Source: Candidatus Bathyarchaeota archaeon
Lineage (GTDB): Archaea; Thermoproteota; Bathyarchaeia; Bathyarchaeales; Bathycorpusculaceae
Reading direction: 5' to 3'
DNA: 64,000 nucleotides
Assembly (NCBI GenBank): GCA_963733095.1
Contig: CAVTBV010000012.1
Location: 446,279-510,278 of the forward strand
Below, in pieces: positions 47,384 to 57,063 of the stretch (position 1 is its first letter; every line of letters starts with the position of its first letter). Position numbers and translations under genes: made by a program. The notes beneath the pieces are model-generated. The model ran no database searches, was not told where the DNA came from, and saw nothing but the letters and a program-made list of their open reading frames with translations.

Positions 47384-48142
47384 GTGAATCCTATTCAAGT
47401 ATTCGCTGTAGAAAATCTACCACTAATAAAAAAAGGAGACAACTTAGGCAAACTTATGGTTGAAGCAACCAAAAAACAGAACCACCCAATCCAACCAAAC
47501 GACGTCATTGTGGTTACTCATGTGGTTGTTTCGAAAGCTGAAGGAAACGTAGTAAACCTAGATGAGGTTAAGCCCTCAGAAAAAGCCAAAGAAATAGCCC
47601 AAAAAACCAACAAAGACCCCGCCTTAGTCGAAGTTATATTGCAAGAGACCAAAGATATCGTTCGGGTGGGCCAAAGCAGCATCATCACCGAAACCGTCAG
47701 CGGCATAATCTGCGCCAACGCGGGGGTGGACCGTTCCAACGTTTCAGGCGATAGAAACGTTGTTCCCCTCCCCAAAAACCCAAACGCCTCCGCAGAGGCC
47801 ATTAGGAAAGAAATTAAACGTTTAACGGGAACTGATGTTGCAGTTATTGTTTCTGACACTCACGGTCGACCTTTTAGGTTGGGCGAAATAAACGTAGCCA
47901 TTGGCGTGGCAGGGTTCAAGCCCATAAGGGATAGACGAGGAGAAAAGGATCTATTCGGCTACGTTCTTAGAATAAAGCAAACGGCCATCGCAGATGAACT
48001 GGCTTCAGCGGCTGAACTTGTTATCGGGCAAGCCAACGAGGGCATCCCAGCTGCCATCATACGAGGCTATAAATATCAAACCGACGAGAACGCATCAGCA
48101 ACATCGCTTACAAGGGCCAAAGAAAGAGACCTATTCAGATAA
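47384..48142 (+). CDS. cofE: coenzyme F420-0:L-glutamate ligase
   Basis: VSKAEG, ANAGVDRSN, SDTHGRPFR and ADELASAA. Confidence 0.93.
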   Translation: MNPIQVFAVENLPLIKKGDNLGKLMVEATKKQNHPIQPNDVIVVTHVVVSKAEGNVVNLDEVKPSEKAKEIAQKTNKDPALVEVILQETKDIVRVGQSSIITETVSGIICANAGVDRSNVSGDRNVVPLPKNPNASAEAIRKEIKRLTGTDVAVIVSDTHGRPFRLGEINVAIGVAGFKPIRDRRGEKDLFGYVLRIKQTAIADELASAAELVIGQANEGIPAAIIRGYKYQTDENASATSLTRAKERDLFR

Positions 48143-48205
48143 GAAGATAACCAAACGTTCAATAAGTCAACTGTGTAAGATAGCTGAAATCAACAGGCGG
48201 AAACG

Positions 48206-48535
48206 ATGGAGACAAAAACACCTAAAGATTTCTTCGAAAATGACTTGCCGACAAGGTTTAAGCCTGAAAAAGCAGCAAGCATCGACGTGATTGCGCAGGT
48301 AAACATAACGGGAATTGAAGGAGGCAACTGGACAGTTATTATAAAAGAGCAGAAACTTCATGTAAGCGAAGGAACCCATCCGTCGCCCACTCTCACTTTG
48401 AAGATGAATGAGAATGATTTCTTGGACATGGTTAATGGTAAATTAAGTTCTGAAAAAGCCTTCTTCACGGGGAGAGTACATTTTAAAGGCGATATCCGTG
48501 TGGCACTTAAACTAAGGGATGCCGGCTTTTTATAA
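48206..48535 (+). CDS. SCP2 sterol-binding domain protein
   Basis: GGNW..DFLDMVNGKL..AFFTGRVHFKGD. Confidence 0.85.
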   Translation: METKTPKDFFENDLPTRFKPEKAASIDVIAQVNITGIEGGNWTVIIKEQKLHVSEGTHPSPTLTLKMNENDFLDMVNGKLSSEKAFFTGRVHFKGDIRVALKLRDAGFL

Positions 48536-49072
48536 GCCGAGTTTTTTAGCCACTTTGATAGGCAAATCTTCTTCGGCGACTTTGAAAGTTTGGGGCTCAT
48601 CGATTTTCATAAGCTCCCGCAGCTCATCTGCAGTCAACTCTTTGATTAGTTGCATGATTTCTTTTTTGGCAATCTCAAAATGGTCGTTGAAAGCTGCTTT
48701 GTTCTTGTACAATTCGCCTGCATAAGCGCAGATTCCCGATTTTTTCAAAAAATACTGAACCTTTTTAGTCTTAAAGTTGATGTCGAAGGTGATTGGCCCT
48801 GCCCTGCACGTTTCAGGCTTAACTGCGTGCACCATGCATCTTTTGGTTTCTTTGCTGTTAAACTTGCAGAGAAGCGTTTCATCTACTGAGGGGTATGAAT
48901 ATTTTTCGTTAGTAAAAGGTTCTTCAACTTTGATTTTCTGCTGGTCCAGGAATTCTTTTAATATTTTTTTGCGGCTTTCGCTGAGCGGTGGTTTGGCATC
49001 TTGGCAGCAGATAATTTTGCATTCGCTACAGACATCGTAGGAGTAGGTTTTTCCTTTGTTGTCATCGGGCAT
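48530..49072 (-). CDS. YkgJ-family cysteine-cluster protein
   Basis: CSEC..CC, CKF, CMVHAVKPETCRAGP. Confidence 0.85.
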   Translation of the reverse strand: MPDDNKGKTYSYDVCSECKIICCQDAKPPLSESRKKILKEFLDQQKIKVEEPFTNEKYSYPSVDETLLCKFNSKETKRCMVHAVKPETCRAGPITFDINFKTKKVQYFLKKSGICAYAGELYKNKAAFNDHFEIAKKEIMQLIKELTADELRELMKIDEPQTFKVAEEDLPIKVAKKLGL

Positions 49073-49089
49073 CTGGCGTCACCTGTTTT

Positions 49090-50259
49090 TTAGGAGAATA
49101 TTTCATTATTTGAGAGGCACTTAATAAGCGTTGAATAAACATCTATTATTGCTTGATGGAAATCTGTTTTCTGTGCCCGCCTCAAAATGTTTGTGCGGAT
49201 GAGTTCTGAGAGACTACCGTCTTCTATGCGCTTTTTAAGTGTCGGCAGGTACTTTTTCTCGTCTTTATCAGCATGTTCTAGTGCTAAGTTGAAGTAGTGT
49301 TGGCATACTTGCCTCGCGGTTTTGCCATGGGGACTTGAGACTTCTGCGTTCAACCCGTCCTTAATTACAGCATTAAAATCCTTAACTAAAAGCTCATGGG
49401 GCAGAAGCTCAACGTTCGACGCAATTAATCCTCGGAGGGCTGCCCGCACAAAACAAGCCAAAGCCACATCTGCCTTAACACATTCCTGTTCATCCATAAC
49501 GCGCAATTCAACTGCGCAGCGGTCGAAACGGAAAATTACACCTCTTGAATTAACCCATTCCCGATTCAACAAAGTTTTGTCTGCACCTTTATCTGCTAAA
49601 TCCCTCGAATACCGTCCGATAACGTCTTGCTTGTACTGGCTCAGCGAGGTTACATATTCAGGGATGACATCGCCCGTTACTGAAGGTACTTCCTTCTGGT
49701 TAACTTTGTAGAAATGGAGACGGTTATCAACGTCAGGTCCCATTTTGTTTTCGAAAATGGGAGAGGAAGCCGCGATTGCGGGCAGATAAGCGCAGAGGTT
49801 AGCGAGTTGATTGTGAGTTTGGATGGCGTCGACTTCTTTTTGGTAGGGCAAGTTTAGGTGAAAGCTTTGGATGTTTAGCCATCCGTGCTGATTTAGGTTG
49901 AAGATTTTGCCGTATTCACGGTAGATTTTTTTGTGGTAGTGGGGCCACACTGCTGTGTCTTGGAGGTTAAACTGGGGGTGCATGCCTGTTCCAAGGAGCA
50001 TGGCGCCGTGTTTTTGTACGATTTGGTTAAGCGTTATGACTGCGTTTTGCATTGTTTCTTCGAATTCAGTGGGCGTTTTAAAGGGTTGGTTGGCTTTAAT
50101 CTCCATTACATGCAATTGCATTTCTTTGCCAAAAGAAAATTTTGTTAGTTCTATGAAGTTTATGATTTTTCCGCAGTAATCCTTGATGATTTTGTCGCTG
50201 ATTGGCAACACATGCAGATCTTCACCTACAAGCGAGTATTCATGTTCTGGCCCGAGCAC
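49090..50259 (-). CDS. glutamate-cysteine ligase family 2 (GCS2) protein
   Basis: GPEHEY, HVMEIK, GMHP, SFHLNLP, AASSP and ELRVMDEQEC; the frame stays open to 50298. Confidence 0.85.
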   Translation of the reverse strand: MLGPEHEYSLVGEDLHVLPISDKIIKDYCGKIINFIELTKFSFGKEMQLHVMEIKANQPFKTPTEFEETMQNAVITLNQIVQKHGAMLLGTGMHPQFNLQDTAVWPHYHKKIYREYGKIFNLNQHGWLNIQSFHLNLPYQKEVDAIQTHNQLANLCAYLPAIAASSPIFENKMGPDVDNRLHFYKVNQKEVPSVTGDVIPEYVTSLSQYKQDVIGRYSRDLADKGADKTLLNREWVNSRGVIFRFDRCAVELRVMDEQECVKADVALACFVRAALRGLIASNVELLPHELLVKDFNAVIKDGLNAEVSSPHGKTARQVCQHYFNLALEHADKDEKKYLPTLKKRIEDGSLSELIRTNILRRAQKTDFHQAIIDVYSTLIKCLSNNEIFS

Positions 50260-50389
50260 TTCTAGGGGTTCGTACGTTGTTTTTGCCTCTTTTCTTATTC
50301 AGCGTTAATTTAAGATGCTAGTTATTTGTATAGTTAATTTTAAATATAACTATCGAATAACGCCTTCTCAATTACCTGGTGTCACATGA

Positions 50390-51085
50390 GTGTTAATCGT
50401 TTCAAACATCGATTTTAGAGATGATTTGAACGCGTTAAAACCTTCACAGTTCCTCGAATCAACGATAAAAGACACCACCATCAACATCAACAACGACTAC
50501 CGCTACCTAAAAACAGGCTACTACGTTTCTTTGCACGCAGAAATTTTAGGCAACAACGTTATACCGTCCTGTGAGAACATTATCGATTCCAGCCGAACCC
50601 CGATACTTTTATTGCGTGCGAAACTAGCAAAAATTCCAACATTGCCATTCTTGGTCACGGATTCTGTAAAGAAAATCATGGCTGAACTAAACTTACCCGT
50701 GGTAGTTTTTGCCGTTAACCCCTTCATCTATGAGGGCTACCAAGTGGCTAAAAACAAGAGTGCCCTGTACCGGGCGTTGAAGAGTTTAGGAATGAACTAC
50801 AAATTCACGGTTTGCGCTCAACCCCTCACGGGGGAGATGTTCACAGTCAAATCGTTTTTTGGCAAATGCGAACAGAAAGATGAACAAATCCAAGCTATCA
50901 CAGAAAAGGTTTTTGAACTCTTCAAAATTCCAATCTGTAAAGTGCATGTTCAAAAAACAGAGGGAAAAGCTTTCCTGTGTGGTCTTGAACCTTTGAAAGA
51001 AAACAACCTGTCACAGAGTAATTTAGAATTAATCTCCAAGGAGATTATGCTGATTTCTCAGCAGGGTGAACACTTAAGTGTCTAA
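50390..51085 (+). CDS. RimK-like ATP-grasp N-terminal (RLAN) domain protein
   Basis: INxxxDYRYLKTGYYVSLHAE..VIP. Confidence 0.8.
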   Translation: MLIVSNIDFRDDLNALKPSQFLESTIKDTTININNDYRYLKTGYYVSLHAEILGNNVIPSCENIIDSSRTPILLLRAKLAKIPTLPFLVTDSVKKIMAELNLPVVVFAVNPFIYEGYQVAKNKSALYRALKSLGMNYKFTVCAQPLTGEMFTVKSFFGKCEQKDEQIQAITEKVFELFKIPICKVHVQKTEGKAFLCGLEPLKENNLSQSNLELISKEIMLISQQGEHLSV

Positions 51086-51956
51086 GATTGCATGTTTTGT
51101 TGAAAAATATAATTTTACCGACCTTCGAGAGGAAGCCGCCCTGCAAAACTTTAAACAAGCAGCAGAGCGGTCTGGCCAACAATTCAGTTTCCTGTTCCGC
51201 GAACACATTGATGAAATCCCCAACTACGACGCCGTGTTCATTCGCGCAACCACCGACCCACTTTTTACAGCATATATCGTGTCCAAAACAGCATGGGAAC
51301 TAGGCTTAAAAGTCGTCGACGACCCAGAATCCATCACAATCTGCGGAAACAAAATCCACCAATACGCACTCTTCGAAAAATACAACGTCCCCCACATACC
51401 CACAGTATTTTTAAGCAAAGATGATTTGCACCGCAAAAAAATCAACGAAATCTTTGACGAACTAGGCAAGCCCGTCGTTATAAAAGCACCCTATACAAGC
51501 TTCTCGCGTTACGTTGAAAAGGCTGCATGCGAAACCAGCTTCCGCGATGTCGCAAAACGCTTCTTCAAAAAATCCGACGTTCTAGCTATCCAAAAGTTCA
51601 CTCCAACAGCCTTTGACTGGCGCGTGGGCGTTCTGAACAACGATATCTTGTATGTTTGCAAGTACATGATTCCCAAAGGCAAATGGAAACACGGCGCTAA
51701 ACTCCGCGGCAAACCAACCGTGGTTTGGGGCAGAACCGTAAGTTCTCAGAAACGGGACATGCCTGATAGGCTCAAAGAAGTTGCGCTTAAATCTTGCAGC
51801 GTTGTAGGCAAGGGACTCTATGGTGTTGACATAAAAGAAGTCAACGGCGACTACGTGGTCGTGGAAGTCAACGATAACCCAAGCATCTACGCAGGCTACG
51901 AAGACTCAGGCGACAACGATATTTACCAACGCATTATCAACTACCTAGCCGAATAG
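51078..51956 (+). CDS. RimK-family ATP-grasp ligase
   Basis: DAVFIRATT, DDPESI..NK, PVVIKAP, FDWRVGVL, GLYGVDIK and EVNDNP. Confidence 0.9.
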   Translation: MSKIACFVEKYNFTDLREEAALQNFKQAAERSGQQFSFLFREHIDEIPNYDAVFIRATTDPLFTAYIVSKTAWELGLKVVDDPESITICGNKIHQYALFEKYNVPHIPTVFLSKDDLHRKKINEIFDELGKPVVIKAPYTSFSRYVEKAACETSFRDVAKRFFKKSDVLAIQKFTPTAFDWRVGVLNNDILYVCKYMIPKGKWKHGAKLRGKPTVVWGRTVSSQKRDMPDRLKEVALKSCSVVGKGLYGVDIKEVNGDYVVVEVNDNPSIYAGYEDSGDNDIYQRIINYLAE

Positions 51957-52011
51957 CTCATGGCGCTTCGACATGTATTTATTCCCATTTTCGCTATCAA
52001 CTTGTCGTTGA

Positions 52012-52983
52012 GTGATAAGTATGCATAAAGAAGCAGCTCATAAGGTTCCTGTGAAAGATTATGATTTTGCCAAAGACCTCTCAGTGGATGAGCTTGTTTT
52101 GCAGATGGAAGCAGCATGGGGCTTCACCGCCGGCAAACTCGCTGTCGGTGTCAACATCTTGCAAGACATGATTAACAGCAAAGGCTGTATCAAATTCCTC
52201 TCCTTCCCAGCCGATATCTGCGCAACAGGCACCCGAGGAGTAATTCGCGAACTCGTAAAACGCAAACTCGTAGACATAATCATAACAACTTGCGGCACCC
52301 TCGACCATGATGTGGCACGCTGCTGGAAAGACTACTACAGAGGCAGCTTCATCATGAACGACACAAAACTCCACCAAGAAGGCCTAAACCGCCTCGGCAA
52401 CGTCCTGGTTCCCAACGACAGCTACGGCATAATTATCGAACAAAAAATTATTCCAATGCTCGAAGCCCTCTACAAAGAAGGCAAAAAAGAACTCTCTACC
52501 ACCGAACTCTGCCGCGAAATCGGATTACGATGCTGCGACGAAACTTCAATTCTTTATTGGGCAGCCAAAAACAACATCCCAGTCTTCATTCCAGGAATCA
52601 CTGATGGCTCAGTTGGCTACCAACTTTGGTTTTTTAGCCAAGACCACAAAGACTTCCGCATTAACCTGCTAAAAGACGAAGGCGACCTCAACAACATTGT
52701 CTTCGACGCCAAAAAATCTGGTGCCCTCATCGTCGGCGGCGGCATCAGCAAACACCACACGATTTGGTGGAACCAATTCAAAGACGGCTTAGACTACGTC
52801 ATTTATATCACGACGGCAGACGAATGGGATGGAAGCCTCAGCGGCGCACGCCCCCGAGAAGCAGTATCATGGGGAAAAATCAACGAAAAAGCCAAACGCA
52901 TCATGATCGAAGGCGACGCAACAGTGGTTATGCCGATAATGACAAGTTCGCTTTTAACGCGACTAAATAAGAAGAAAAAATAA
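52012..52983 (+). CDS. dys: deoxyhypusine synthase
   Basis: NRLGNV, ITDGS, GGGISKHH and DGSLSGARPREAVSWGK. Confidence 0.92.
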   Translation: MISMHKEAAHKVPVKDYDFAKDLSVDELVLQMEAAWGFTAGKLAVGVNILQDMINSKGCIKFLSFPADICATGTRGVIRELVKRKLVDIIITTCGTLDHDVARCWKDYYRGSFIMNDTKLHQEGLNRLGNVLVPNDSYGIIIEQKIIPMLEALYKEGKKELSTTELCREIGLRCCDETSILYWAAKNNIPVFIPGITDGSVGYQLWFFSQDHKDFRINLLKDEGDLNNIVFDAKKSGALIVGGGISKHHTIWWNQFKDGLDYVIYITTADEWDGSLSGARPREAVSWGKINEKAKRIMIEGDATVVMPIMTSSLLTRLNKKKK

Positions 52984-53003
52984 AAAAATTAAAATTTGGG
53001 CGT

Positions 53004-54071
53004 TTATTGTACGCCTTTGAATAGCCAGCTCATGTCTGGCCCTTTCCGTTTTTCTGGTACGCGCTCAGCGAGTGCATGGCAAATTAGTGGCAGTGCGATG
53101 GTTGCGTCGCAGTAGCAGACTGCTCTTGTTCCAGTTTGGCTGTTGATTTTGCCCCAGCTAATCGCTTCTTCCAATGTGCAGCCGGATAAGCCGCCCCATT
53201 GTGGTGAGTCGGTTGTGATTTGGATGGCGTATTTGTGAGGGTAGTAGTATTCCTGTAGGCTCTTGCGTAAACCACCTTTTCGTCCTGCTACGCCTTTGTC
53301 TTCAGTCATGGGTGAAACAGATATGGCGATGAGTTGGGTTAGGTCTTTTGGTACGCCACCGCCGATGTAGACTACGCCGACTTCTTTGGTTTTGGTTCCG
53401 ATGCTGACGAACTGGTCGAATTCTTTGACGCTGTCGATGTGGACATTGTGTCCTTGGTTTTTGGCTAAGAGAAAGGTTTCGCCGTATGCGCTGTCAACCA
53501 TGGCTGGGCTGAAGATTGGGACGCCGTTGGCTGCTGCAATCGCAGAGATGGCGGGGATGTTTTTCTTGCCGAGGTATTTGCCGAGGAGGTAGAGGAATTC
53601 TGCTGAAGTGTAATTGTAGTCTTGCTTGCAGGTCATGACAAAGTCGGTGACGACTTCTTCCATCTTGCGGTAGTCGGTTTCTTTGCCATAAACATCGTAA
53701 TAACGGTTAACATCGTCTTGGAGCAGTTGCTCATCGTTTGCCATGTGGTTACCTTGATAGTATCCAAAGCCCATTGCGTCAACGATGTCTTCACTAACAT
53801 TTGCGCCAGTGGAAACCAACACATCGATGAAACGATTTTCCATAAGCCAGTTGATGATTGTCCACTGCCCCGCAGTACTCATGGAACCTGCAAAGCCCAT
53901 GGCGATGACTGTGTCTTTTGAATTAATCATGTTTTCCCAGACATCAACGGCTTCGCCGAGCTTGCGTCCTTGATATGCGGTTTTGCCCATTTCTTTTAGG
54001 AGTTGTGAGATTGGTTTTTGTTTTGTAACTTTGATTGGTTCAAGTTTCTTTTGGAAGTATGAATCACTCAT
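53004..54071 (-). CDS. deoxyhypusine synthase-like paralogue
   Basis: STGAN, VDSAYG, GGGVPKD and WGGLSGCTLEEAISWGK. Confidence 0.88.
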   Translation of the reverse strand: MSDSYFQKKLEPIKVTKQKPISQLLKEMGKTAYQGRKLGEAVDVWENMINSKDTVIAMGFAGSMSTAGQWTIINWLMENRFIDVLVSTGANVSEDIVDAMGFGYYQGNHMANDEQLLQDDVNRYYDVYGKETDYRKMEEVVTDFVMTCKQDYNYTSAEFLYLLGKYLGKKNIPAISAIAAANGVPIFSPAMVDSAYGETFLLAKNQGHNVHIDSVKEFDQFVSIGTKTKEVGVVYIGGGVPKDLTQLIAISVSPMTEDKGVAGRKGGLRKSLQEYYYPHKYAIQITTDSPQWGGLSGCTLEEAISWGKINSQTGTRAVCYCDATIALPLICHALAERVPEKRKGPDMSWLFKGVQ

Positions 54072-54155
54072 TAAAGTGCACCTCGATGTAGATTATTTGA
54101 CTGATATTTGAAATTTGTTATTGCTACTGCGGCTAACGGGGTATGTAGGGAACAT

Positions 54156-54830
54156 TTAGGTCTTAATTTTTTGCCATACGCTTCTCTTGATGAAGATGAA
54201 CGAGGTTACGCTGGTGATGAAGAGAGTGCCGATTAACATCAAGTTGGCGAAGGTTACGAACTGCGGATTACTGTAAATAGAGAGGATGATGGCAACAAAG
54301 ACGTAAAAGGAAACAGCCCCACAGATGACCTGTACTACCGATATAATTCGGGATCCTTGCCCAACCTTCGCCTTGAGCCTGTTAAGCGACGACTCCACAC
54401 TTTTGGAGACATCTGGTAGGTCATCTAGGAGCAGTGTTAAGCCGCCTAAGAGGAAGAATCTGCCGATGTTAACTTGGAGGCTGGTGTCGTTGACCAGAAA
54501 GATGTTGAGCAGGTTTACCGGTGTAAAGAAGGCAACGTAGATGGCTGAGAAGATTAAGACCAAGATGCCATAGAAGTAGTGGTGGAACAGGAACCTACCT
54601 GTATGGAGCGAGCGCCCGAGTTCTGCGCTGGGGAAGATGTTGATAACGGCGGCTACGATCGCTACCCACAAGAGATTGCCGCTGACAAGGTAGGGTGAGA
54701 ATGGGTACCAGTTATGGTAGTACCAGTAGAAGCCGCCTAAGATGCCGACGGTGCAGCCAATGGTTAATAGCGCATTGAAGACGAGGGAGACACTGAAGAT
54801 TTTTTTGGTTATTACCCATAACTTGCCCAT
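54156..54830 (-). CDS. integral membrane protein
   Basis: About six hydrophobic segments; FHHYFYG and LDDLPD motifs. Confidence 0.75.
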   Translation of the reverse strand: MGKLWVITKKIFSVSLVFNALLTIGCTVGILGGFYWYYHNWYPFSPYLVSGNLLWVAIVAAVINIFPSAELGRSLHTGRFLFHHYFYGILVLIFSAIYVAFFTPVNLLNIFLVNDTSLQVNIGRFFLLGGLTLLLDDLPDVSKSVESSLNRLKAKVGQGSRIISVVQVICGAVSFYVFVAIILSIYSNPQFVTFANLMLIGTLFITSVTSFIFIKRSVWQKIKT

Positions 54831-55016
54831 GAGTAGGTCTCTTTAGGTTTAGACGACATTATATCTAAAAAATCTACCGAAAACAAAAAGGAAACAAAGT
54901 TTTGCCTGTGCATTAAACTATTTGGAGCCTATAGTGGTTGCATACAGAAACAATAAAGGGGTAGGTTTCTGTTGGCGATTTTCGCTTTCAATAGCTGATT
55001 TAAAAGAACTACGTGT

Positions 55017-56987
55017 CTACATTTTTTCGGGCGAAATCACACCAATGAGGTTTAAGGCGTTATGTATCACAGTTTTTATGGCTTGGGTTAGAGCGATGCG
55101 TGCGTCGCTGAGTTCTTGCGATCCAGCCTTTATCACGGGGTAGGCGTTGTAGAAGGTGTTGAATTTGTCGGCTAAGACGTTGGTGTAGTCGGCTATCATG
55201 TTGGGTTTATAGTATTCTGTGGCTTCGATGAACATGTCGGGGAAACCCGCTAAATTGAGGATGAGTTCACGTTCAAGTTTCTCACTTAGCAAGTCGTAGG
55301 CTGGTTTTTCTGGTTCACGAGCCGCTTTGCGCAGGATGCTGCAGGCTCTTGCATGAGTATACTGAACGTAGGGGGCGCTGTTGGTTTCGAAGTTCAGCAC
55401 TCGTTCCCAAGTGAACACCACAGTTTTGGAAGAATCCACATCCACAAGCGCATAACGCACGGCTCCCAACCCGACGAAGTCGGCGATTTCGCGTTTTTCC
55501 TCCTCCGAGAGCAGAGGGGACCGCTTCGAAACCTCTTCGTAAGCCCGTTGGACCGCTTCGCTTAAGACCTCGTCGAACGTGATGTAGTGCCCCCGTCTAC
55601 TGCTCATCTTGTAACCCGGCAAAGTAACCAAGTTGTAGGCAAAGTGAACCAAATTCTCGGCGTATTCGGGGTATCCCATTGCATAGACAGCAATTTTTAG
55701 CTGCAACTGGGCCAGAGACTGTTCCATGCCGATTACGTTAATGACTTTTTGGGCTTGCTTGAACTTCCAGAGGGTGTAGGCTATGTCGCGAGTGGTGTAG
55801 AGAGTTGTGCCGTCAGCACGTCCTAGAGTCAACGGGGGGACCTCGTTGTTTGGGCTTAAACCTAACTTGGCTTTCAACCCTAAAGTCTGCACAACTTTTT
55901 CCGCATCAAACTCCAACACACCCTTCTCGCTGTAAACAAACGGTGTGGTCTTGAGCTGTGCCATAACATCATTAACTTGCGTACTCCAGACAAAATCGCT
56001 CTCCCAATCCCACGAATCATACGTAACACCAACACGCTTCATGGTTTCCCTAAAACCCTCAAGACACAAATCGCTGACTTCGCGGACAAGTTGCTTTGCG
56101 TTGGGTTCACCGTTCTCGTAGGCGCAGTTTAGGATTTTAATTTCTTCTTCTGGATTTTCGTCTTGGTTAATTTTTGCCGTTAACGCTTCAAAGAGGACAG
56201 GGTATTTTCCTTTGAGTTCAACTGCAATTGACATCCACTCATCAATTTCCTTGTTCGCTTTAACCAAATCTTCAGAGGACTTGGCAGTAATTGCGTTTTC
56301 GCGGGCTTTTTTGAGCCGGTTAATCTCGACTATGCAGCTGGTAACTGTGTAGATTTTGCCCACGAAAAGGTCGGCTTTCTCGGTGGGTTTTGGTCTGCCC
56401 AACTTTGCATACCCGTACGCGACAACCGACGATTGCCGTCCAACATCGTCAATATAATAATGTCGTGAAACTTCGTGTCCCCTGTACTGGAGAATCCGAG
56501 CTAATGCATCGCCCAACATGGGGTTTCTGGCTTGACCAATATGAATAGGATGCAGCGGGTTAACGCTGGTGTGCTCAACAATGATTTTTTTAGGCTGGTC
56601 AGTTTTTACAGACCCATATTCGAACCCTAACTCTTTAATCGACTGCAAGGTTAATGCAGAGAATTTAGCAAAGTCAACATGGAAGTTTATATATCCCGAA
56701 CCTGCCGTAGCAACCTTTTCTATGAGGTTGAAATTGGATTTGTCCACTGCAGCAACAAGTTGCTCAGCTAAATCCAGCGGTTTCTGACCAAGTTTCTTTG
56801 CCAACTCAAAGCACAGCGATGAGGCTAGTTGTCCGTATTCGATGTTTGGCGTTTTGTTTAGTGTGATTACTGGTTGATTTATCTCTGGCAAAGCTTTGTT
56901 TAGCGCTTTTGCCAGTGCAGTTTGGCATTCTTGGCGGAATTGGTCGAATGGATTTTGTGAGACCATTAGCTTTTTCTCCGATTGCAT
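55017..56987 (-). CDS. argS: arginine-tRNA ligase
   Basis: EHTSVNP, HIGQ, RADGTTLYTTRDIAY, KMSSRRG and PYVQYTHARACSI. Confidence 0.97.
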   Translation of the reverse strand: MQSEKKLMVSQNPFDQFRQECQTALAKALNKALPEINQPVITLNKTPNIEYGQLASSLCFELAKKLGQKPLDLAEQLVAAVDKSNFNLIEKVATAGSGYINFHVDFAKFSALTLQSIKELGFEYGSVKTDQPKKIIVEHTSVNPLHPIHIGQARNPMLGDALARILQYRGHEVSRHYYIDDVGRQSSVVAYGYAKLGRPKPTEKADLFVGKIYTVTSCIVEINRLKKARENAITAKSSEDLVKANKEIDEWMSIAVELKGKYPVLFEALTAKINQDENPEEEIKILNCAYENGEPNAKQLVREVSDLCLEGFRETMKRVGVTYDSWDWESDFVWSTQVNDVMAQLKTTPFVYSEKGVLEFDAEKVVQTLGLKAKLGLSPNNEVPPLTLGRADGTTLYTTRDIAYTLWKFKQAQKVINVIGMEQSLAQLQLKIAVYAMGYPEYAENLVHFAYNLVTLPGYKMSSRRGHYITFDEVLSEAVQRAYEEVSKRSPLLSEEEKREIADFVGLGAVRYALVDVDSSKTVVFTWERVLNFETNSAPYVQYTHARACSILRKAAREPEKPAYDLLSEKLERELILNLAGFPDMFIEATEYYKPNMIADYTNVLADKFNTFYNAYPVIKAGSQELSDARIALTQAIKTVIHNALNLIGVISPEKM

Positions 56988-57063
56988 AAGTTAATGCATA
57001 CTTTGGTTAGTTATGTTTTTTAAATGTGAAAGCGCACTTATGTGTCTAATGGATGTAGCACCG

